From: Bacteroidia bacterium
Lineage (GTDB): Bacteria; Bacteroidota; Bacteroidia; 2-12-FULL-35-15
Length of the DNA: 64,000 bases
Assembly: GCA_045805205.1 (NCBI GenBank)
Contig: JBJMLR010000007.1
Span: 114,467-178,466, forward strand
Reading direction: 5' to 3'
The notes under the pieces are model-generated. The model was not told the DNA's origin. It made no database searches and saw only the letters and a list, made by a program, of their open reading frames with translations. Each line of letters starts with the position of its first letter. Within the stretch, counting starts at the first letter, position 1. This document shows positions 48,288-57,929 of this stretch, piece after piece. A program made the translations under genes and the position numbers.

Positions 48288-50245
48288 AAAAGAATTTTCT
48301 ATATCTCCTCTTTTTTTTCATCGGACTTTTTGGATCCGTGCGGGTAGTGGAAGCGCAAGGTGTTCCGCAAGGCTTCAACTACCAAGCGGCGGTGCGCGAT
48401 AATTCCGGGAACCTGCTCATTTCACAACCGTTGAGTTTTCGCTTTTCATTCTACTCAGGAAGTTCTTCGGGACCGCTGCAGTGGCAGGAAACGCAATCGG
48501 TCACATCAGACAGTCGTGGAAATATTCATCTCGTGATCGGAACCGGAACATCCACCGGTGCCGGACTCTACACCGCATTCAGTAATGTGGACTGGTCTTC
48601 CGGGACTTATTACCTGAAGGTTTCAATAGACGTGACCGGCGGAAGCAGCTATACAGATATGGGAACAGCACAGCTATTCTCAGTTCCTTATGCATTTTAT
48701 TCCGGGACGACTTATGGCAGTCCGGGCATTGGCCTCATTGATTTTAATGATGTGGATCTGAGCGGTATTTCCAGCGGAAAATTACTGAAATGGAATGGGA
48801 ACCACTGGGTCCCCTCGATCGATAATCACTCAGATACGGTCTCCTATGCTTATTTTTCCGGTCATTCTATCACAACTGACACTGCGTACAATGTTTTAAG
48901 CTCCGCGCCGATCGATACGGTGCTGTTTGCATATGAAACTGCAAATACTGTGGCTGCGGGCAGTGCACAAAATGCGGTAAGTGCAGTAAGTTCTACCTGG
49001 TCGGATACTGCAACTTATGCTTTCGCAACCAACACCTGGAAAAGGAACGGGAACGCACTGGGAAGTACAGCCGGGTTTGCAGGTTCTGTAGATCCGCAGG
49101 CTGTGGAGTTCAGGACCAACGGCATTCGTTCACTAAAGATCGATGTAAATGGAAATGTGCTTACGCGCAATACGGTTAATATTGCGGATCTCAGTATTTC
49201 CGGAAATGACGGCTTTGTGGATGCAGGAACGTTTGGAAGTGGAATGTCATCGAATGTGGGTGCGGGTACGCGGCTGGCATGGCTGCCTTCAAAGGCTGCA
49301 TTCAGGATCGGTGCTGTTGCGACCCCGGCATGGGGTGATAGTATTGATATTTATTCTTTTTCTTCGGGATATGACAACCGGGTTGGAAAATATTCCATGA
49401 CGAGCGGATATAAATGCCTTGCCGGAGATTATACTGTAGCGATCGGCAGAAAGTCGGAAGCAAGTGCAAGGGGTGCATACCCCAATGGAACCGGGATAGC
49501 GCTTGGAGACAGCTGTACCGCAAATGCCCAGCGTACGATCTCCATGGGCAGGGGAAACCTTTCAACGTTGACAACAGCGGTCTCCATCGGAACATTCAAC
49601 AAAGCTACGGGTAATGTTTCGCTGGCATTGGGAAGCTACTCCAATTCGAATGGTTATTACTCAACGGTGATCGGCTATCACGGTTCGGCAAATGTGAAAC
49701 AGTCAGGGTTTCTGTATGCCGATGCCTCATCCGCCGCGGTAACGAATGCGACCGCAAATTACCAGTTCATGGTACGGGCTGCGGGAGGAACGATCTTCTA
49801 CACGGATTCCTTGTGCACAATGGGAGTGACTTTGTTCCCGGGTAGTGGAAGCTGGGCAAGTGTTTCAGACAGGAACAAAAAAGAAAATTTCAAAGAAACG
49901 GATCCGGAGGAGATCCTCTCGAAGATCACCGGGCTAAAGATCAGGAACTGGAGCTATCGTTCACAGAGCAGGAATATCAGGCATATCGGGCCAATGGCCC
50001 AGGACTTCTATCGTTTGTTCGGAGTGGGAGAAAACAATATAACGATCACCGGGATCGATATGGATGGTGTTGTGATCGCCGGGATCCAGGCATTGAATCT
50101 CCGTTTGAATCATCTTGAGCCGCTGCGGCACCTGGATACACTGGAGGCAAAGACTGCAGCAATTGAAAAAGACGAAAAGAATATGAAGGAGCGGCTCGAT
50201 GCGATCGAAGCTGCACTCGACAATAAAAAGAATATTGAAAAATAA
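48284..50245 (+). CDS. Secreted tail-fibre-like protein with YadA-like repeats and Peptidase_S74 chaperone
   Basis: Signal VEA/QG, PQGFNYQA N-domain, GxxS.A.G repeats, SDRNKK cleavage motif, RHIGPMAQDF, coiled-coil end. Confidence 0.82.
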   Translation: MKKNFLYLLFFFIGLFGSVRVVEAQGVPQGFNYQAAVRDNSGNLLISQPLSFRFSFYSGSSSGPLQWQETQSVTSDSRGNIHLVIGTGTSTGAGLYTAFSNVDWSSGTYYLKVSIDVTGGSSYTDMGTAQLFSVPYAFYSGTTYGSPGIGLIDFNDVDLSGISSGKLLKWNGNHWVPSIDNHSDTVSYAYFSGHSITTDTAYNVLSSAPIDTVLFAYETANTVAAGSAQNAVSAVSSTWSDTATYAFATNTWKRNGNALGSTAGFAGSVDPQAVEFRTNGIRSLKIDVNGNVLTRNTVNIADLSISGNDGFVDAGTFGSGMSSNVGAGTRLAWLPSKAAFRIGAVATPAWGDSIDIYSFSSGYDNRVGKYSMTSGYKCLAGDYTVAIGRKSEASARGAYPNGTGIALGDSCTANAQRTISMGRGNLSTLTTAVSIGTFNKATGNVSLALGSYSNSNGYYSTVIGYHGSANVKQSGFLYADASSAAVTNATANYQFMVRAAGGTIFYTDSLCTMGVTLFPGSGSWASVSDRNKKENFKETDPEEILSKITGLKIRNWSYRSQSRNIRHIGPMAQDFYRLFGVGENNITITGIDMDGVVIAGIQALNLRLNHLEPLRHLDTLEAKTAAIEKDEKNMKERLDAIEAALDNKKNIEK

Positions 50246-52236
50246 TGGAAATGGAAAAACTTTATAGCAACAGCCGGCTCCTGCTTTTGCTGCTCACTGT
50301 GTCCTTTGTGTCACGTGCGCAGACTGTGCCGCAGGGGATCACCTACCAGGGAATTGCCCGCGATGCATCAGGCGTGATCCTTACATCGCAGCCGGTGAGC
50401 ATCCGCCTGGGAATCTATTCACCGACGGTAACCGGCACACTCGAATGGCAGGAGATCCACAATGTCACGACCAATCAGCTTGGATTATTTTATTTTATCA
50501 TCGGACAAGGCACATCTACCGGTTCGGGATCTGTATCTTCTTTCGCTAACATCAACTGGGGAGCAGGAAATCATTTTGTCAGGATAGAGATGGATCCTGC
50601 GGGCGGAAGCAGTTATACCGATATCGACACCATGCAATTCTGGTCGGTTCCTTATGCAATGCAGTCGGGTTCAGCTGCCGTTGTTGCACAGTCATTCAGG
50701 CTTCACCAGCTGGCGGATGTGGATACGATCGGGGTGGTGACCGGTGATGTTTTGAAATGGAACGGATCATTGTGGCTTCCGGCACCGGATAATAATTCAG
50801 ATACTGCCATGTATGCGTATAGCTCCGGACATGCGGCTACTGCAGATACAGCAAGTTATGCGCTGAATGTGCTGTCGGTAGTAGATACGGTCCAGTTCTC
50901 CTATAATGCGGATTCAGCGGTGTTTGCCCAGAATGCCTCATCGGCGGTGAATGCGCAGTCATCTACTTATTCAGACACAGCGACGTATGCGCTGAATTCA
51001 ATCAATGCGTGGAACATAACGGGTAACTCAGGAACGAACCCGGTTTCCAATTTTATAGGTACTACCGATAATACGGATCTTGTAATCAAGACAAACAATA
51101 CAGAGAAAATGAGACTGACTTCTGCCGGCAAAGTAGGGATCGGAATCACAGCGCCTGTTGCATCCGTGCATATTGTCGGTACGGATGGATTGCTTGCGGA
51201 AGGAACATTTGGCTCAGGAACCATCGGGACTACGGGAACCGGAACACGGATGATGTGGTATCCGAAAAGAGGAGCTTTCAGAGCGGGCGGTGTTGCCACG
51301 ACAAACTGGGATGACGCTAATACCGGGAACTATTCACTTGGCGGAGGATATAACACGAAAGCATCCGGTGCTTATTCCACTGCTTTTGGAAACGGATGCA
51401 CAGCGAGCGGAGCTTATTCATTCGCAGCGGGAGACGGAAGCATCGCGTCGGGAATTTCCTCCATTGCGGTGGGAAGTGCTGCCGGAACAGGGGGAGCATA
51501 TGCCGTGGGAATCGGAAGAGATGTGATCTCCTCTGATTCCGGATCAGTGGCGATCGGCTATACGGTCCGGGCAACCGGAAAATATTCGCTTGCGATGGGC
51601 GGATATGGTATTGCTTCGGGCGACTATTCTGTTGCGATGGGCTTCCATGGGAATACCAACGGGCACCGCGGAAGCTTTGTGTTTGCAGATGGTTCATCGG
51701 CAGCGGTCACTTACAATTCAATGGACAATCAATTTATGGCAAGAGCGAGTGGTGGTGTGATCTTTTATTCCAATACTGCACTTACCAGCGGAGTATCCTT
51801 GCCGGCGGGCGGAGGGAGCTGGGCAAGCGTTTCCGACCGGAATAAAAAGCGCAACTTCAAAGCTGTTGATCAGGATGACGTTCTCGCCAGGCTTTGCAGC
51901 ATGAGCGTTACCAGCTGGAACTACAAATCACAGGATGAATCGATCCGCCACATGGGTCCGATGGCGCAGGATTTCTATTCTTTGTTCAAACTGGGTGAAA
52001 GTGATACGACCATCACAACGATCGACGTCGATGGTGTGAGCCTTGCGGCGATCCAGAGCCTTGCCAAAAAAACGGATGAGCTGAACAAAAAGAGCGAAGA
52101 AGTTGCTTTGCTGAAGGAAAAGATCGAGCAGCTTGAAAAAGAAAAGATGTTTCTTGAAAAGCGCATCTCGACGATCGAAAAGAAAATTAACTTGTCTAAC
52201 GAAAATGAAGAAACCGCTTCTGCAGGTAATAAGTAA
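50245..52236 (+). CDS. Secreted tail-fibre-like protein with YadA-like repeats and Peptidase_S74 chaperone (paralog)
   Basis: Signal SRA/QT, PQGITYQG, GTTDNTDL..KTN, ASGxYSxAxG repeats, SDRNKK, RHMGPMAQDF. Confidence 0.82.
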   Translation: MEMEKLYSNSRLLLLLLTVSFVSRAQTVPQGITYQGIARDASGVILTSQPVSIRLGIYSPTVTGTLEWQEIHNVTTNQLGLFYFIIGQGTSTGSGSVSSFANINWGAGNHFVRIEMDPAGGSSYTDIDTMQFWSVPYAMQSGSAAVVAQSFRLHQLADVDTIGVVTGDVLKWNGSLWLPAPDNNSDTAMYAYSSGHAATADTASYALNVLSVVDTVQFSYNADSAVFAQNASSAVNAQSSTYSDTATYALNSINAWNITGNSGTNPVSNFIGTTDNTDLVIKTNNTEKMRLTSAGKVGIGITAPVASVHIVGTDGLLAEGTFGSGTIGTTGTGTRMMWYPKRGAFRAGGVATTNWDDANTGNYSLGGGYNTKASGAYSTAFGNGCTASGAYSFAAGDGSIASGISSIAVGSAAGTGGAYAVGIGRDVISSDSGSVAIGYTVRATGKYSLAMGGYGIASGDYSVAMGFHGNTNGHRGSFVFADGSSAAVTYNSMDNQFMARASGGVIFYSNTALTSGVSLPAGGGSWASVSDRNKKRNFKAVDQDDVLARLCSMSVTSWNYKSQDESIRHMGPMAQDFYSLFKLGESDTTITTIDVDGVSLAAIQSLAKKTDELNKKSEEVALLKEKIEQLEKEKMFLEKRISTIEKKINLSNENEETASAGNK

Positions 52237-52247
52237 GATCAGCATGT

Positions 52248-53453
52248 ATGCCTGAAAAGAATTTACACATTATTACTTCTTCTTTTCCATTTGGTAAAGC
52301 TGAGCAGTTCTTCGAGGCAGAGGTTTTAGAGTTAAGCAGAAATTTCGATCGGATCATCTTGTATCCTTTGAATCTGCCCGGTGAACAGCGGGTACTTCCG
52401 GCAAATGTTTCTGTAAATACAGTTTTGGCAACATCCAGCCGCAGGGTATCAAAATCATACTACCTTAAAAATATCCCGATCGTATTATCAATATTGAGCG
52501 GCGAGTTTTTTCACACAAAAAAGAAAAAAGCCCTGCTTGCGGATCTGAGGGACTATGCCAACTCTGTTTTACAATCGAAGCTCCTTTCGGAAGTATTCAT
52601 TAAGCAGGCTGTTACGCCAGGACAAAATTATTTTTACTCTTTCTGGATGAATGACGGCGCCTTGCTGTTGTCGCTGCTAAAGCGCCGGAAAAGCATTCCT
52701 GACTTTGTATTCCGGGTGAATGGCTTCGATCTTTTCGATGACCGGACGAAAAAAGGCTACATGCCGTTCCGGTATTTTAACTTCAGCCAGGCTAAAAAGG
52801 TGATCGTGCTTTCGGAAGTCGGCTTCAATTACCTGGCAGAAAAAAAGATCTTTCCGGAAAAGCTTTACCTGAGCTACTACGGCATTTACGACCAGGGCCT
52901 GAATCCTTTTGATGAGAAAGGGATCTTTACGATCGTTTCCTGCTCGAACATGATCCCTTTAAAAAGGATCGATAAGATCGTTCGTGCGCTGCAGCATGTT
53001 TCCTTCCCGGTGAAATGGTTCCATTTCGGGGATGGCGTGCTGATGAGCGAGATCAAAGCAATGGCGGAAAAGCTGCCAGCCAATATCCACTGTGAATTAA
53101 GGGGGAGCAGGCCGAACTCAGAAGTGATCGGGCTATACAAAGAACAAAGTATAAATTTGTTCATGCACATGAGCGATACGGAAGGCCTGGGCCTGGCGAT
53201 CATTGAAGCGCAGAGCTTTGGAATCCCTGCGCTGGCGGTGGCTGCAGGAGGTGTGGTGAATGTGGTCAACGAAAGAACAGGACTGCTCATTGATCATCAT
53301 ACAACGCCACAGGAAACCGCAGCGCTGATCACGCAGTTTGCCGGAAGCGAAAAGAATGCTCCTGCCTACCGCAGAAAAGTAAAGGAGCACTGGGATGAAA
53401 AATTCAATGCGAAGAAAAATTATTTTGCTTTATTTGAAAAAATAACCGGATAA
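52248..53453 (+). CDS. GT4 glycosyltransferase
   Basis: TSSFPFGKAEQF, SFWM, EGLGLAIIEA (E-x7-E). Confidence 0.85.
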   Translation: MPEKNLHIITSSFPFGKAEQFFEAEVLELSRNFDRIILYPLNLPGEQRVLPANVSVNTVLATSSRRVSKSYYLKNIPIVLSILSGEFFHTKKKKALLADLRDYANSVLQSKLLSEVFIKQAVTPGQNYFYSFWMNDGALLLSLLKRRKSIPDFVFRVNGFDLFDDRTKKGYMPFRYFNFSQAKKVIVLSEVGFNYLAEKKIFPEKLYLSYYGIYDQGLNPFDEKGIFTIVSCSNMIPLKRIDKIVRALQHVSFPVKWFHFGDGVLMSEIKAMAEKLPANIHCELRGSRPNSEVIGLYKEQSINLFMHMSDTEGLGLAIIEAQSFGIPALAVAAGGVVNVVNERTGLLIDHHTTPQETAALITQFAGSEKNAPAYRRKVKEHWDEKFNAKKNYFALFEKITG

Positions 53454-53470
53454 AAAGACAGAACCGAACC

Positions 53471-54889
53471 ATGTTGTTTAATTCTTTTGCTTTCGCGGTT
53501 TTTTTCATTCTTGTCACAAGCCTCTATTTCATTATTCCATACAAGTACCGGTGGCTCCTGCTGCTGGCGGCCAGCTGTTATTTCTACATGGCTTTCATTC
53601 CATACTATATCCTGATCCTGGGAGGGACCATTGTCATTGATTATTTTGCCGGCATCCTGATCGAAGGCGCTCCTCGCGGCGCGAAAAGAAAGCTATTCCT
53701 TGTGATGAGCCTTGTTGCAAATATCGGTGTGCTGGCCGTATTTAAATATTACAATTTTTTCATGGATAATATCAATTCCATGTCGGGAGCTTCCCTGCCA
53801 TTGCTGTCCATCATATTGCCGATCGGCCTTTCTTTCCATACGTTCCAGGCAATGAGCTACACGATCGAAGTGTACAGGGGGAATTTCCGCGCGGAACGGC
53901 ATTTCGGGATCTATGCGCTGTATGTGATGTTTTATCCGCAGCTGGTGGCCGGCCCGATCGAGCGTCCGCAGAACATTCTTCCCCAGCTCAGGAAGAAGAA
54001 TGATTTGGATTACACACGGATAGCCGCCGGGCTGAAGCAGATGCTCTGGGGTTTTTTTAAGAAGATCGTGATCGCGGACCGGCTGGCGGTAGTGGTGAAC
54101 AGCGTGTACGATTCACCGGGGAAGTTCGATGGCGGCTCCGTGCTGATCGCCACCTATTTTTTCGCATTCCAGATCTATTGTGATTTTTCAGGATATTCGG
54201 ATATCGCTATCGGAGCTGCGAAAGTGATGGGCTATGACCTGATGGAGAATTTCAGGACGCCTTATGTTTCCCGGTCGATCAGGGAATTCTGGGAGCGCTG
54301 GCACATTTCCCTGTCGACATGGTTCAGGGACTATCTGTACATTCCTTTGGGAGGCAACCGTGTTGTGAAGTGGCGCTGGTATTATAACCTGTTCATCGTG
54401 TTCATCGTGAGCGGCTTTTGGCACGGTGCCAACTGGACGTTCATCGTTTGGGGAGCATTGCATGGATTTTACCTGGTTGTTTCCATCCTGCTTGGAAGGA
54501 AGGAACGAAAGGAAAATGACTTCAGTGCAAAGGTCGTTCGCTGCGGCAGAATCCTGCTGACCTTTCATCTCGTGGTTTTTGCATGGATCTTCTTCCGTGC
54601 GAAGAACATGACTGAAGCCATGCTAATCATAAAAAAGCTGGGTAATTTTTTTGTCTCTGCCGGAAATCACCTGAAGCTCCTGGACGCAGTGAAGCCGGCA
54701 ATGCTGCTGGTCACGTTGTTTCTGCTCCTGCTGTTCCTGTTCATCGATCCTTTTTTTGATGCCCTCGTGAAGGAACGAAAACAGCCGGGCTCGCGACTGC
54801 TGAATCTCGGTGTATATTCATTGCTCCTGGTGGTGATATTGCTCTTCGGATATTTTGGTAAAACAGATTTTATTTATTTTCAGTTCTGA
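53471..54889 (+). CDS. MBOAT O-acyltransferase (AlgI/PatA/DltB family)
   Basis: MLFNS, LPIGLSFHTFQ, QLVAGPIER, DFSGYSDIA, FWERWHISLS, GFWHGA (catalytic His). Confidence 0.93.
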   Translation: MLFNSFAFAVFFILVTSLYFIIPYKYRWLLLLAASCYFYMAFIPYYILILGGTIVIDYFAGILIEGAPRGAKRKLFLVMSLVANIGVLAVFKYYNFFMDNINSMSGASLPLLSIILPIGLSFHTFQAMSYTIEVYRGNFRAERHFGIYALYVMFYPQLVAGPIERPQNILPQLRKKNDLDYTRIAAGLKQMLWGFFKKIVIADRLAVVVNSVYDSPGKFDGGSVLIATYFFAFQIYCDFSGYSDIAIGAAKVMGYDLMENFRTPYVSRSIREFWERWHISLSTWFRDYLYIPLGGNRVVKWRWYYNLFIVFIVSGFWHGANWTFIVWGALHGFYLVVSILLGRKERKENDFSAKVVRCGRILLTFHLVVFAWIFFRAKNMTEAMLIIKKLGNFFVSAGNHLKLLDAVKPAMLLVTLFLLLLFLFIDPFFDALVKERKQPGSRLLNLGVYSLLLVVILLFGYFGKTDFIYFQF

Positions 54890-55827
54890 TGGAGCTTAAA
54901 AAGATCATAAGGAACGGCGTTCTGCTTTTTATTGTAACGGCCCTCATCTACCTGGGAGTGATGTTCGTTCTTGTGAATGTGCGGAGCGGGCGTGTTCCAT
55001 TGGTATATAAAGTGGTGGAAGGATTGAGCTGGAAAGGGGGGAACAGCTACCGGAAGTTTATTGATTTTGATAAAAAAGCACATTATAATGTTCTTGTTCT
55101 CGGCTCTTCACATGCATACAGAGGTTATGATCCGAGGATCTTCGCTGCTTCGGGTTATACAATGTTTAACCTCGGTACCAGCGGTCAATCCCTGCTGAAC
55201 TCTTACTATATCGCAACGGAATACATCGACGCAGGGAGCTGCGATCTGCTGATCCTTGATATTTATGACGGAGCATTGTCGGGTGATGGCTTTGAATCGG
55301 GTTCCGACCTGTTACAAAATATTTCCTCCGACAGGGCCGCTTTCCGAATGGGACTCAGCTACAAGGATCCGCGCATGATCAATATGCTGACAGTGCGGAT
55401 GATGAGCAAATCACAGCCTCCGCTGTATGTGGATTCACTCTACGCAGGAAATGGTTTCAGTGAAAAATGGGATAGCCTGACTACGGCGCTGCCGGCAGAA
55501 GCTTACAAAACAAAGTTCAGGATCAATGAACGCCAGTTGTGTTATCTCGATCAATTGCTGGCTTACCTGCAGCGGATCAAAATGCCGGTAGTGCTGGTGA
55601 GCCATCCTTCCCCGAAAGAACGAGATCAGGAGGATCATGTCGGGATCTCGCGAACGCTGAAAGCGCTGTGCACCAAATATCGCCTGCAATACCTGGATTA
55701 TTCTTTTGACGGATCGCTGGACACGAGAAAGCATTTCTACGATTCGCATCACCTGAATCAGGCGGGCGTGATACTATTCAACAAGGTCCTTCTTAACGAT
55801 CTGAAAAAGGATCGCTATCTTCATTGA
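54889..55827 (+). CDS. Membrane-anchored SGNH-like acyltransferase (AlgJ/PatB/DltD-like partner)
   Basis: N-terminal TM, LGSSH (Ser), NLG, FYDSHHLN (D-x-x-H). Coupled to the MBOAT gene. Confidence 0.7.
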   Translation: MELKKIIRNGVLLFIVTALIYLGVMFVLVNVRSGRVPLVYKVVEGLSWKGGNSYRKFIDFDKKAHYNVLVLGSSHAYRGYDPRIFAASGYTMFNLGTSGQSLLNSYYIATEYIDAGSCDLLILDIYDGALSGDGFESGSDLLQNISSDRAAFRMGLSYKDPRMINMLTVRMMSKSQPPLYVDSLYAGNGFSEKWDSLTTALPAEAYKTKFRINERQLCYLDQLLAYLQRIKMPVVLVSHPSPKERDQEDHVGISRTLKALCTKYRLQYLDYSFDGSLDTRKHFYDSHHLNQAGVILFNKVLLNDLKKDRYLH

Positions 55828-55862
55828 TTCATGCACCGGTCTGCTTTTTCCTTAAAAGATAG

Positions 55863-55870
55863 TACATTTG
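55863..55870 (+). promoter_or_regulatory. -7 promoter box (TACATTTG)
   Basis: Exact TAnnTTTG upstream of the SDR gene. Confidence 0.5.
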
Positions 55871-55898
55871 AAGACAAATAAAACACAGCGGAAAGATA

Positions 55899-56561
55899 AT
55901 GAAACACATTGCAATATTTGGAGGTACGGGAGGGCTCGGAAGTAAGCTGGCAGAGGAACTGGCAGGCAGCTTTAAAGTTACCGCGCTTGGCTCAAAGGAT
56001 GTGGATGTAACGGATTACTCCCAGGTCAGGGCTTTCTTTGAGGAGCAAACAGTAGACATTGTGCTGAATTTCAGCGGCACAAATATCGACGGCTTCATGC
56101 ATAAATATAATTCAGAGAACCAGTCGAACATTGATGTGCAGATCAATACGAATATCCGGGGAACCATTAATATTCTCAGTTGCTGTCTTGGGCAAATGCG
56201 GGAAAGGGGTTACGGAAGGATCGTCCTGGTCTCTTCCATTCTTGCTCATTCACCCGTGGTCGGCACCGGTGTATACTCCGGCTGCAAAGGATTCATCGAT
56301 AGCATTGTAAAAACAGTTGCACTTGAAAATGCCGCGAAAGGGATCACCTGCAACAGTCTGCAACTGGGCTATTTTGACGGAGGACTTACTTACCGGATTC
56401 CTGAAGAGGTACGGGAAGGCATTGTGAAATCTATACCAGCCGGGCGTCTCGGAATGATCCGTGAACTTGCAAATGTGACCAGGATGCTCATCGATACAGA
56501 GTACATGAACGGTGTGAACTTAAAAGTAAACGGGGGACTGGACATATTCAAAGAGATGTAA
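55899..56561 (+). CDS. SDR oxidoreductase (FabG-like)
   Basis: GGTGGLG, GRIVLVSS, YSGCK (YxxxK), IPAGRLG, VNGG. Confidence 0.88.
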   Translation: MKHIAIFGGTGGLGSKLAEELAGSFKVTALGSKDVDVTDYSQVRAFFEEQTVDIVLNFSGTNIDGFMHKYNSENQSNIDVQINTNIRGTINILSCCLGQMRERGYGRIVLVSSILAHSPVVGTGVYSGCKGFIDSIVKTVALENAAKGITCNSLQLGYFDGGLTYRIPEEVREGIVKSIPAGRLGMIRELANVTRMLIDTEYMNGVNLKVNGGLDIFKEM

Positions 56562-56654
56562 CAGCATTGCATGGATTTTCCTTTCGGTGCCTTGTGGTCT
56601 CCCGGATAATGATTAAACGATTTGCAGTCTTAAACAGAGAAGCTGAGGACATTC

Positions 56655-57923
56655 ATGAATACGAATGAACAGAGTCATATTTTATTAATTGCATATACGT
56701 TTCCTCCGGCTCCGGGAATAGGAGGAAGGCGCTGGGCAAAATTTGCAAAATACCTTGCTGCCAGAGGTTATGTTGTTCACGTGATTACGGCAAAGAGTAC
56801 TTCCGGGGACACGTCGCTTTGGTATGAAGACGTGCATGGAAATAAAAACATCAGGATCTGTACACTTCCTCCAAGATATCCTGCCGCGCTCACAGCGGCC
56901 TCCAGTCATGGAGTTTCTGCAAAGATCCGGTATCATTTCTGGAAACGATTGCTGCCTGTTATTGCAGGAGGAAGTATCTACGACCGATCCGTGCTTTGGG
57001 AAGGTGCAATGCTGAAGGCAGCCGGAAAAATCATCCGGGAGAATAACATCCGGAATGTGATCGCTACGGGCGCTCCCTTCCGTGTACTTTATTTTTCCTG
57101 CAAATTAAAAGAGCTGTTTCCCGGTATTCATCTTATCAGCGACCTTCGTGATCCCTGGACAGAAGGGAAGAGCTATGGCTTTGAAAATCTTTCGGAGAAG
57201 CGGAAAGAATACGAAGTCAGCCTGGAGAAACATGTCTTTAAAAATACGGATGTCATCACAGCACCTTCTGAAAAGATCCTGGATTATCTTGAAAAGCACT
57301 ATCGTCCATCCAAAGTAAAAACAACAGTGCTTCCCCATGCATTCGACACCGATGAATTTGCTGAGGCAGTAGCCGTTTCACCGGATCCGGGAAAGGTCAG
57401 GATCACATTTGTGGGTACTGTGTATGAGCACACCGGTCATTATATTGAGGCTTTTATGCTTGCGCTGCAGAAAATAAAAATGTCGGCACCCGTTGTATAT
57501 GACAAGCTTTCACTCCGCTTTTATACCTGGAGCAGAAATAATATCGTCGAAATTGCCGGGAAACACGGCGTTTCAGAAAAGGTTGAGATGCACGGTCCGC
57601 TTCCTCCGAAAAGAATGTTTGCAACCCTCGCCGGTTCCGATTATGTACTGATCATTTTTACAGAAAAGTACAAAGACTATATCAGCACAAAGTTTTATGA
57701 GATCATTTACCTCAACCGCTTCATTATTTACATCGGGCCTGAAGGAAAAGTGAGTGAATTTATCCGGGAGAATAACCTGGGAATAGCGATCAGCCACGAG
57801 GAGGAGATAGAGCCGGCGCTTGTCTCCCTGTTATCCGATGTAAAAAAAAGCGTACCTTATCCGCACATTAAAGACCTTTCATTCGAAAAAATAACGGATC
57901 AGCTCGAGAGCTTATTCATTTAA
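56655..57923 (+). CDS. GT4-like glycosyltransferase
   Basis: AYTFPP...GGRRWAKFAKYL, DLRDPW, FVGTVY, STKFYE. Confidence 0.8.
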   Translation: MNTNEQSHILLIAYTFPPAPGIGGRRWAKFAKYLAARGYVVHVITAKSTSGDTSLWYEDVHGNKNIRICTLPPRYPAALTAASSHGVSAKIRYHFWKRLLPVIAGGSIYDRSVLWEGAMLKAAGKIIRENNIRNVIATGAPFRVLYFSCKLKELFPGIHLISDLRDPWTEGKSYGFENLSEKRKEYEVSLEKHVFKNTDVITAPSEKILDYLEKHYRPSKVKTTVLPHAFDTDEFAEAVAVSPDPGKVRITFVGTVYEHTGHYIEAFMLALQKIKMSAPVVYDKLSLRFYTWSRNNIVEIAGKHGVSEKVEMHGPLPPKRMFATLAGSDYVLIIFTEKYKDYISTKFYEIIYLNRFIIYIGPEGKVSEFIRENNLGIAISHEEEIEPALVSLLSDVKKSVPYPHIKDLSFEKITDQLESLFI

Positions 57924-57929
57924 GAAATT

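Noticed and set aside
48284-52236. Prophage interpretation of the tail-fibre-like genes
   Set aside because: No integrase, terminase, capsid or other phage gene nearby. Both proteins have Sec signal peptides with +1 Gln.
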